Source: a virus
Taxonomy: Duplodnaviria; Heunggongvirae; Uroviricota; Caudoviricetes
Direction: 5' to 3' (one strand)
Length of the DNA stretch: 28,975 nt
Virus record (IMG/VR): IMGVR_UViG_3300025073_000880
Part shown: one piece after another, positions 7,562 through 15,384 of the stretch
Numbering within the stretch: the stretch's first letter is position 1
Layout: each line of letters starts with the position of its first letter
Made by a program: the position numbers and the translations under genes
The notes under the pieces: generated by a model
What the model was told of the DNA's origin: nothing
The model's input: only the letters and a program-made list of their open reading frames with translations
Database searches by the model: none

Positions 7562-8124
7562 AAGAAAAAAAGCTTTTTAAGCCTGACACTTCTCTCTTAA
7601 AACGTTATGTCGGCTCACATAGTAAACAAAGCCGTTTAGCTGAAAGCTCTGATATTGAAACAATAAAAAAAGATTCAACCGATATGTTCCAACTTTTATA
7701 TTTACCATACGGTCATTATAAGGGTGGTTATGCTATAGCTCATCCTCAAATAAATAAAACAGACCCAATTAGGTTTTTTGTCACAATAGACCAAGATATT
7801 ATAATCAACCCTACCATAATTAAACACACAAATGCCTTTGTTAATTCGGATGAAGGATGTTTGGACTTCCCTAATGAAATAATGGTTACTGTTCAAAGGT
7901 TTAATAAAATAACAGTTAAATACCAAGAACTTAATCTCATTAACGATAATTTTATAATATCTGACACAAAGACAAAAGAACTTTCTGGGTTTGAGGCTAA
8001 GGTTTGGCAGCATGAAATTGATCATCTTAATGGTGTAAATATTATGTCAAAAGAACATCACGCTATAAATAATATAAATAAAATAAAAAAAATCTATGGA
8101 AACCCAACAAGAACAAAAAAGTGA
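7558..8124 (+). CDS. def: Peptide deformylase
   Basis: Motif 1 GYAIAHPQ (variant), motif 2 EGCLD, motif 3 QHEIDHLNG. Confidence 0.93.
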   Translation: MKEKKLFKPDTSLLKRYVGSHSKQSRLAESSDIETIKKDSTDMFQLLYLPYGHYKGGYAIAHPQINKTDPIRFFVTIDQDIIINPTIIKHTNAFVNSDEGCLDFPNEIMVTVQRFNKITVKYQELNLINDNFIISDTKTKELSGFEAKVWQHEIDHLNGVNIMSKEHHAINNINKIKKIYGNPTRTKK

Positions 8125-8518
8125 ACAAACAACAGATGCCAGTACCCTAGTTAATGTTAATGACTATGAGTCCGTATATGTCTCATTTATGCAAGATTAT
8201 AAAAGAGGAGTAACTGACGGTGAAATGGTTGGTGTCACAATTGCTAAATTGGCACAATGCTATGGAACAATTAATAGGTCTTTAAATAATTGGTCTAGGG
8301 TTGCAGGCGAGAAATACTCTGAAATACTTGAAAGCACAGAACCTGGTACAGGTAAAGCTATATCTGTTGCTAAAGCCTCTGTTGTCTGGGAATCTACGGA
8401 AGAATATAGAAAAATGAACTCCGTTAAAATTGACCTTGCCATTGTCGACCAATATATCAATGCACTCAAATATCTCCAAAAGGGAATTTTGAACGAATAC
8501 AGCCATAGTGGTTTATAA
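8096..8518 (+). CDS. Helical hypothetical protein, possibly a UvsY-like recombination mediator
   Basis: All-helical pattern (ISVAKASVVWESTEEYRKMNSVKIDLAIVDQYINALK) reminiscent of UvsY; sits in a recombination operon. The functional call is weak. Confidence 0.35.
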   Translation: METQQEQKSEQTTDASTLVNVNDYESVYVSFMQDYKRGVTDGEMVGVTIAKLAQCYGTINRSLNNWSRVAGEKYSEILESTEPGTGKAISVAKASVVWESTEEYRKMNSVKIDLAIVDQYINALKYLQKGILNEYSHSGL

Positions 8519-8536
8519 GCATAAACCAAAACCATA

Positions 8537-8782
8537 ATGGCTAAAATTATTAAACAATGCCCCGTTTGTAGGAGATACTTTGTTAGAAAACATTATCGCC
8601 ATATGTTTTGTAGCCGTAAATGCTTCAAATCTGTTTACAATAAACAAAGAAAAGAAACTTTATACCCAATATTTAAATGCCCACATTGTAAAGAAATTAC
8701 AGAGCTAACATTTTATCCAAAAAAAAATGCCCACAAGTGGGAAATGTTTATATGCCCAAAATGCAAAAAACAAGCGATTTAA
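8537..8782 (+). CDS. Small double zinc-finger protein
   Basis: CPVC...FCSRKC followed by CPHC...CPKC. Confidence 0.75.
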   Translation: MAKIIKQCPVCRRYFVRKHYRHMFCSRKCFKSVYNKQRKETLYPIFKCPHCKEITELTFYPKKNAHKWEMFICPKCKKQAI

Positions 8783-8892
8783 GCTTGTTTTTTGTTCTGT
8801 CTATGTATTATCACTAAAAAGATATAAACATCTCTCCTGGCCGTTAAAAAAGGCCTTTAACAAAACTTTACGATTCGTGCCTGTTATTTGCC

Positions 8893-11800
8893 TCACCTCA
8901 TATTCTTATATTTGTTCCAGTCCATTTTAGAACTACTGTCATCAGTAGTTATTTTTTTATACCCAGACATATCAATACCAGTTTTACTGCTAGAACCTGA
9001 CTCGGTTAGAATATCATTTATTATTTGAGCAAGCTGTGAAGAACCTGGACCACCAAGCACAGACCCTAATGCACCAAAAACTTTTACCGCTCCTTTTATT
9101 TTTGTTTTTTTCTTTTTGCCAGTTAATAATGATTGTAAACCTTCAAGCACATCATCGAAAGACCTAATCACAGGAACTGGACTACTTCCGTACGTTAATG
9201 ATGAAATAATGGACCCAAGCATCGGTATGTTATTTGTAGAGTTTTTTAGGATACTTTTAAGCACGGTTTCATTCTCAACATTTTTGTCTGTGATAAGAGA
9301 CATTACCCATTTACTAAATCGTCTAGTAGCCTCTTCAAACGCACTTGTAACTATAAAAAACCAAATTAAACCAGAAATAGCCTTTTTATAATCACCTTTT
9401 TGTATGCCCTCATACCAAACTTGTCTTTGTATATTTGACCACCGATGAAGTAAAAAGCTTTGAAATGTTAAGATTGTTTTATTTATAGACCGATTATTGG
9501 CCAAGCCAAAACCTGTAGAGATGGCTAGTGGCTGGTCTTTATAGTATGAAGACCCTTGGCTGTCACGCATTAATTTATTAGCTTTTGCTAAAATGGTAGG
9601 GTTAGGGTTTGAAAGATTAATCTCTATCCCGATTTCCTTAGCAAGTTTCATATACGCCCCAGCTGCAGCTGTAGACCTCATTAGTCCATCCATTACCTGT
9701 AATGGTTTCATTCCTGATTGCTGTATTTTACCCCATAATTTTTCATCAAACTCTCTAAAAGCAATATCATCGCCAACTGCGGCTTTTATTTCAGGGAAGT
9801 TATTCATTATAAAATTTCGCCATTCTTTTGATGTAGCAATTTTATATGCTCCTTGTGAAGCCCAATCAACACCAATGGTTGCAGCTGCATCTGAAAACGA
9901 TGATAATTGGATTAACGCTGAAGATAATCTAAAACCTAAAACCCCAGCTGTCATATTTCTTCTTACCCAATCTAATCCTTTAATCCTTTGAAAATTTTGG
10001 ACACCACCTTTTCTAGCCATTAAGTCCAAATACTCGCTCCATGCGGCTTGACCAACATCACCAAAATGCTCTTTCATTTCTTTTGATTTTACAATCTCAG
10101 AATACATTTTTATATCACGACCCATGGATAGGGCGTATGCAACATCATCAATGTGCCGCAAGAAAACCTCTTTGGCATTGAGGCGTAGTGGCATATCACT
10201 GACATCTTTACGGCTTTCAACAAATGATTTTTCGACAAGTTTTGTTTGCCTTTGGGCAGCAGCATCTAAAACATTATCATTCCCAAATTTTTGCTGGATT
10301 TCAAAATCAGACATAGCTTCAAAGTCAGAAAAAAATGTCATATAGCTTTTAACCTCTTTCACATCAACATTGAACTCTTCCCTTGCCCATCGTTTTATTA
10401 AAGGGTACGTTTTAGCGTTTGTTTCAACAATGAAGTTATATAGCTCCATTTCGCCTTCTGTTAACTTAATTGATTCAATATATTCCCTTGAAAGCCTATT
10501 GTTCTCAACTAACCTCTGCATACCACCTTCTTGTTTTGAAATAGCATAAATACCAACATTTTCAAAACTGTCTTCCAGTAGATGTCGTCTTTTAATAATG
10601 TCTTCAAACTTTTCAACTATTTCAATATTGAAGTTTAAATAATTACCGTAATCAGCGTCTAGCGTTTCTTTCATTGGCACCATGCCAGTTATTTCAGCCA
10701 AAAGGTCTATGGAAGTAAGCCCAACATTTGTTTTTTGAAGATAATTGCGAAGACCTATATACCTATCAGCCCAAGCTCTTTTTGTTCTGTTTGCAAGTTG
10801 TTCTTTGGTAAACTTTTTTCTTGAGTTTATTGGGGCCTCTGTTTCCAGTAGAGCCTGTTTTTTTAATACTCTCTCTTGAATATATATTGCGTTTCTATTG
10901 ATAAGATTAAGTTTCCCCAAATTGATTAAAAGCTCAATTTGACGCTGTATGCCTTGAAGCTGAGATAAGGTAAGTTGATCCTTTGGTATTCTGCCCAAAA
11001 TTTCAAGCTGTCTAAGAACCCTATTGGGCATTTTCATTTCATGCCCAAGCTCGCTTTGCTTATCTAAAAATGCTTGAGTAGCCCTGAGTTTATCCATAAA
11101 CGCCTCTGTATGACGAGTCAATTCAAAAGTATCAAGAAGCTCTTGGATTCTTTTTTGATATTCGACATCAATTTGTTTACTACTAGCAATGTTCTTAGCT
11201 GTTTTTTTAAGATTATTAATAGCCTCTTCAAATTGTATTTTTTCAGAAAGAGTGTCTATCCTAGAAAAAAGCTTTATCGCACCTTTAATAGTGTTAACTT
11301 TAGATAACCCAGATAAAACTTTGCCACGAGCTGAAATGGGAAGATATGTATTGGCATATTCAACAACACGTTTTTTGGCAGAAACCGCAGTTAGTTCTTT
11401 TTGTTTAAAAAATCCGATTAAAGCATTTTTAGCCTCTCGTCTTTTTATTTCTTTTTTGATATTTACCTCTTCACTTTTGATAGCCTGAGCATCAGCCTTA
11501 TCAAGAATCTTCAAAGCAGCAACAATGGTGTTTGTTTTTCTTATATCAGACAAAAAGACACCCTGATCCTCTGACGGGACATTCCTTTTAATATAGGAGA
11601 TAATGTTTTGTTTTATTCTATCAACGCTTGCATTTTCAGCCTTTGCGTCACCCACTATTCTAGCCTTAGCCTCAGCCTGACCTGCCACATAGCTTATCTT
11701 TGAGCTTTTAGCCATGGCTCGTATCCTACTTCTCAACAAAACATCTTCACGACTACTGACAACGTTAGCTGATTCTGGTGCAAGCCCAACTGCCCTCAAG

Positions 11801-14800
11801 CCACGAATACCCGGGATACCTTCAGTTAAAGCTTTTACGGCAGTTGTTTTCTTTTCTTTAGATTTAGATTTGATTTTTATAAAATCCTGTTTGGCATCAG
11901 CAAACTTTTTACCACTAGCTTTAAATGTAGGAGCTTCACCTTTTATTTTAGCTTTAATTTCAGGAGTTAATTTTATCCCTTGCTGGGTTTTTTTCTTGGT
12001 GGAGATGTCATATGTTTCTCCGTCTTGTAATAAAACCTTGTTCCCTTTTAATTCATAAGGGGTCAGTACTTCACCATCAGGAATTTTTACCTTATTGCCA
12101 TAGACATCAGTCGCAGGGACATCTCTTTTGAGTTTAATGTCAGGATAAGTTTTCATTATATCGTCAACCGTCATCCCAACGGCCCCTCTAAGCGTTTCAG
12201 CTGTCTTTTTAGTAGGCATTTCTTTAATCGCTTTTATGGCGGTTGCTTTATTTGCCCTTGCCGTAATTGTAGGAAGTTTTTCTTTTATGGCTGTAACTAT
12301 CGTTGGTTTTTTAGGCTTCTTTTTAACCTCTTCGGTTAATGTTTCAGTTTCATAATCTGTAGTCTGTTCGCCAATTCTTTGGTCTGTAATAAAAATTGGC
12401 GAATTAAGCTTATCCTCTGATTCATAAACATATATTTTTTTACCATCAAGAGATTTCAAAGCTGAACCTAAATATTTAGCATCGAAAGCCAACCTTTCTT
12501 CTCCGACTTTTATTGGCATTATCAATACGCCATTATTCGCCTCACCTGGATTGGTAGAAACACTTGACGATACTGCTGGGATGGCAATAGTTTTATCTAT
12601 ATCTAACTCATTATTTTTAACAGTTACCGAAAGCAATAACTCTCCGTCCTTCTTGTCAATATAGACATTATTATTTACAACCTTTTTGGCTAATGGGAGT
12701 AATTCTTTTATGGCGGAAGAAAGGCGACTGCCATCAACTGCCTCAACCGTTTTATATCCACGTAATATTTGTTTATAATCTGGGTATGTCCCTTGGATTC
12801 GTCTAACAATAACCTCGCCATTTTCTCCACTAAACTTAATTGTATTTTCACCAACTGAAATGCTACACATATCACCAACAGCAGTTAAGACTTTTGATAA
12901 TTTAGTTGGATTAGACACAATAATATCAACATTATCAGCTGATACAACATTTGATTTATTAATAAAAAGCCTATAGGCATCAGTGCTTACAACCGTCATC
13001 GCCCCATCAGTTATGTTTATATTTATCCCAGATAACTCTATTCTATTATCTTTTTCGTTCATGTTTAAGGTGGCTTTTTTAATAATATCTGAAAACTCTC
13101 TTGAATCTATTGATGTGGCAACAAGCTCAGTTTCTTCACTCGGGGTGGACGGAAAATCTTCTGGGCTTAATTTTGTTTTTGTTGCGTTCTTACCAACAAC
13201 TTGGTACATCCCATCTTTTAAATCAGATTTTACATCAACAAAAACCTCAAGATCAGTCACCTGTAAACGACCATTGGAAACGCGAGCCTCTGATAATATT
13301 GGAATATTTTTCTTCTTACTTCCTATAGCATTAATAATATTAACATTGGATAAAGGCTTTGATTTTAACGTTTTTACTTTTTGGCTTTTAATGGCTTCTA
13401 AAGCTGTCTGTTTTTGGGTGCCATCAAATACTTTTTTTTCTGGTCCGGAAATCTTTGGCTTACTAATCTTAAATACTTTTTCTAAATAGGTGTCAAATTT
13501 ATTTTGGTCAAACTCTGGTATAGATAACTCTTTGCTTGGATTATTCCATTTTGCTGGCAAAAGCGATGCTGGTGACATCCCAAATTGTCCTTCGGTTTCA
13601 CTGATTGCACCTGCATAATAACCATCAACACTTCCGTCAGTGTTTCTTTTTGTGAGCACAACTGGACGTAAAATGCCCGTCGGCATTTTTTGCTGATATA
13701 TTTCTCCTGGATTAAATTCCCCAGCACCGATTCTTGCATTTGTTAACATTTGTCTGTCTGCCTCCGTTTTTTCATTTGCAGAAAATTTTTCCTTTTCTTT
13801 AACACCCTTCTCTGCAACAAAAACATCATAAAACTCAGCAATGGTCATGCCTACATCTTTTTTGATTTGTTCCTGTATCCTTTTTGCTGTATCTCTCTTT
13901 GTTAAATTTTGCTGTACCAACTCAGCGTTGAACATTTCAACAAACTCTTCCTTTGTCAGGTTTTCTTTCTTTGCCTTTTCAACAAATTCTTCTATCTCAG
14001 GAGAAACGTTCTTTGATACATCTTCAACTGTAAGACCAGGGGTGAGCTGTTTTACAAAACCCTTAAATTCTTCTCTCATTTCAGGATGACTCACATATTG
14101 AACAACCGTGTCCATGCCAGAACCACCCAAGAGCCCCCCTGCAAAACTCATAACAGACCTAGTCATAGCCTCATCCCAACCCAAATCATCCCTAAATGTT
14201 TTTTCTGTAGCTAATGTTACAGCTTCTTGTAAAACCTCAGTCCCACCTTCAGTCAAACCAGATCCAGCTATCCCCAAAAGTCTTTTGGTGAGACTAGATA
14301 CAAACTTATTTTTAGCCGACCCCAATATCTTTGACGGGACTATTCTGTCTAATAAAGAAACCAAAACACCGGCATAAATACCCTTTTTGGTCGCAGTATC
14401 AGGATCAACGCCTTTAGCCTCAGCCATATCCTTTATGTCGCCAGCTGTACTCCCAGCAACAACCGCAGACCCAAAGACAGGATTTATTGCGTACATCCCC
14501 AAACTAGCTATAACACTTGGAGCCAACTCAAGAAATGTTTCCGTAATATGCTCCGGTGAAAACTTTTCTGAAAGAGAGGCATTTTTCCACTCATCTGACG
14601 GCTCGAAAGCTTTATGGCTATTAATAGTTTCAAACCATTGTTTTATTTTTTCTTGTGGTAAATTGTCTTTATTGGCTTCAAATACAGCATTCCACTCTTC
14701 AAGTTTCTTTTGTCTTTCTTGTCGTTGTTTTTCCGTTCCTATTTTGGCTTCAAAACCCGTGCCTTTTATATAAGATGGTAACGTATCACCAGCCTTAATT

Positions 14801-15369
14801 TGCCCCATTCGTTTTGTAAGAGCATCCACGAAAAAATCAAATGATGTAGATACCATCCCACCAGCAAGCAACCCTGTCCGTGTAAGAAACTTGCCGTAAT
14901 CATCCACTTTGGGGCTAATGCCCAAGCCAGGAGTTAGCATTTTAGCAACTGTTAATGGTGATTCTTTCACTATTGGCTTATCCACAACCTTTTTTTCAGT
15001 AGAAGAAAGCGGTGATGTGTATTTATCCATTATGATTTTATACCGTGCGAATGGAGAAAGTTGTTCCTGAGTTTTAGATGTTGGAGTTACGGTCGTATAT
15101 TTTAAATCAGGAATAATACGTAAAAGCTCTGTAGTTGTTTTCCTCGGACCAGAATATAAAACAGTTGGTTTTTTCTCTGATTCTTTCTTCAAATATTCTT
15201 CAGTCCTCTCTTGAGCCTTAGGGTCATAAAGCTCTTGAGCCCCAGAATTTTTTTCCTTTATGTATTTATAGGTATTATAAGCACTCTCTATAAGACTATC
15301 GCCAGAGAGATTTTTTGCCGTTGTTATAAAACTACTACCTATTTTCTTTAATGAGTCTAATAATGCCAT
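8893..15369 (-). CDS. Giant (2158 aa) putative internal virion/DNA-ejection polyvalent protein containing a DnaN (beta-clamp) domain
   Basis: Last and largest gene of the virion operon; Gly/Ala-rich hydrophobic N-terminal segments (GLTEGGTEVLQE, FAGGLLGGSG); long helical C-terminal half; internal clamp motifs. Confidence 0.75.
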   Translation of the reverse strand: MALLDSLKKIGSSFITTAKNLSGDSLIESAYNTYKYIKEKNSGAQELYDPKAQERTEEYLKKESEKKPTVLYSGPRKTTTELLRIIPDLKYTTVTPTSKTQEQLSPFARYKIIMDKYTSPLSSTEKKVVDKPIVKESPLTVAKMLTPGLGISPKVDDYGKFLTRTGLLAGGMVSTSFDFFVDALTKRMGQIKAGDTLPSYIKGTGFEAKIGTEKQRQERQKKLEEWNAVFEANKDNLPQEKIKQWFETINSHKAFEPSDEWKNASLSEKFSPEHITETFLELAPSVIASLGMYAINPVFGSAVVAGSTAGDIKDMAEAKGVDPDTATKKGIYAGVLVSLLDRIVPSKILGSAKNKFVSSLTKRLLGIAGSGLTEGGTEVLQEAVTLATEKTFRDDLGWDEAMTRSVMSFAGGLLGGSGMDTVVQYVSHPEMREEFKGFVKQLTPGLTVEDVSKNVSPEIEEFVEKAKKENLTKEEFVEMFNAELVQQNLTKRDTAKRIQEQIKKDVGMTIAEFYDVFVAEKGVKEKEKFSANEKTEADRQMLTNARIGAGEFNPGEIYQQKMPTGILRPVVLTKRNTDGSVDGYYAGAISETEGQFGMSPASLLPAKWNNPSKELSIPEFDQNKFDTYLEKVFKISKPKISGPEKKVFDGTQKQTALEAIKSQKVKTLKSKPLSNVNIINAIGSKKKNIPILSEARVSNGRLQVTDLEVFVDVKSDLKDGMYQVVGKNATKTKLSPEDFPSTPSEETELVATSIDSREFSDIIKKATLNMNEKDNRIELSGININITDGAMTVVSTDAYRLFINKSNVVSADNVDIIVSNPTKLSKVLTAVGDMCSISVGENTIKFSGENGEVIVRRIQGTYPDYKQILRGYKTVEAVDGSRLSSAIKELLPLAKKVVNNNVYIDKKDGELLLSVTVKNNELDIDKTIAIPAVSSSVSTNPGEANNGVLIMPIKVGEERLAFDAKYLGSALKSLDGKKIYVYESEDKLNSPIFITDQRIGEQTTDYETETLTEEVKKKPKKPTIVTAIKEKLPTITARANKATAIKAIKEMPTKKTAETLRGAVGMTVDDIMKTYPDIKLKRDVPATDVYGNKVKIPDGEVLTPYELKGNKVLLQDGETYDISTKKKTQQGIKLTPEIKAKIKGEAPTFKASGKKFADAKQDFIKIKSKSKEKKTTAVKALTEGIPGIRGLRAVGLAPESANVVSSREDVLLRSRIRAMAKSSKISYVAGQAEAKARIVGDAKAENASVDRIKQNIISYIKRNVPSEDQGVFLSDIRKTNTIVAALKILDKADAQAIKSEEVNIKKEIKRREAKNALIGFFKQKELTAVSAKKRVVEYANTYLPISARGKVLSGLSKVNTIKGAIKLFSRIDTLSEKIQFEEAINNLKKTAKNIASSKQIDVEYQKRIQELLDTFELTRHTEAFMDKLRATQAFLDKQSELGHEMKMPNRVLRQLEILGRIPKDQLTLSQLQGIQRQIELLINLGKLNLINRNAIYIQERVLKKQALLETEAPINSRKKFTKEQLANRTKRAWADRYIGLRNYLQKTNVGLTSIDLLAEITGMVPMKETLDADYGNYLNFNIEIVEKFEDIIKRRHLLEDSFENVGIYAISKQEGGMQRLVENNRLSREYIESIKLTEGEMELYNFIVETNAKTYPLIKRWAREEFNVDVKEVKSYMTFFSDFEAMSDFEIQQKFGNDNVLDAAAQRQTKLVEKSFVESRKDVSDMPLRLNAKEVFLRHIDDVAYALSMGRDIKMYSEIVKSKEMKEHFGDVGQAAWSEYLDLMARKGGVQNFQRIKGLDWVRRNMTAGVLGFRLSSALIQLSSFSDAAATIGVDWASQGAYKIATSKEWRNFIMNNFPEIKAAVGDDIAFREFDEKLWGKIQQSGMKPLQVMDGLMRSTAAAGAYMKLAKEIGIEINLSNPNPTILAKANKLMRDSQGSSYYKDQPLAISTGFGLANNRSINKTILTFQSFLLHRWSNIQRQVWYEGIQKGDYKKAISGLIWFFIVTSAFEEATRRFSKWVMSLITDKNVENETVLKSILKNSTNNIPMLGSIISSLTYGSSPVPVIRSFDDVLEGLQSLLTGKKKKTKIKGAVKVFGALGSVLGGPGSSQLAQIINDILTESGSSSKTGIDMSGYKKITTDDSSSKMDWNKYKNMR
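12379..13353 (-). other. Embedded DNA polymerase III beta sliding clamp-like domain (aa about 673-997 of the giant protein)
   Basis: DnaN motifs in canonical order: NIPILS, TDLE, EDFP, RIELSG, VSTDAYRL, RRIQGTYPDYKQIL, AFDAKYL, SPIFI. Confidence 0.88.
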
Positions 15370-15384
15370 AAATGTTTTTTAAGA

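Noticed and set aside
1980-8782. Canonical clamp-binding motif (QL[S/D]LF) in the phage replication proteins as cognate partners of the embedded clamp
   Set aside because: I found none by eye; near matches such as QSIKDLF in SbcC have the wrong spacing. Partners are probably host proteins or encoded outside the window.
8843-8861. Possible bidirectional terminator at the convergence of early and late blocks (GTTAAA...TTTAAC around AAAGGCC)
   Set aside because: AT-only 6-bp stem or bulged palindrome, too weak to call.
14978-14986. Third perfect DnaA box
   Set aside because: Inside the giant CDS (encodes V-D-K); a single coding copy is compatible with chance.
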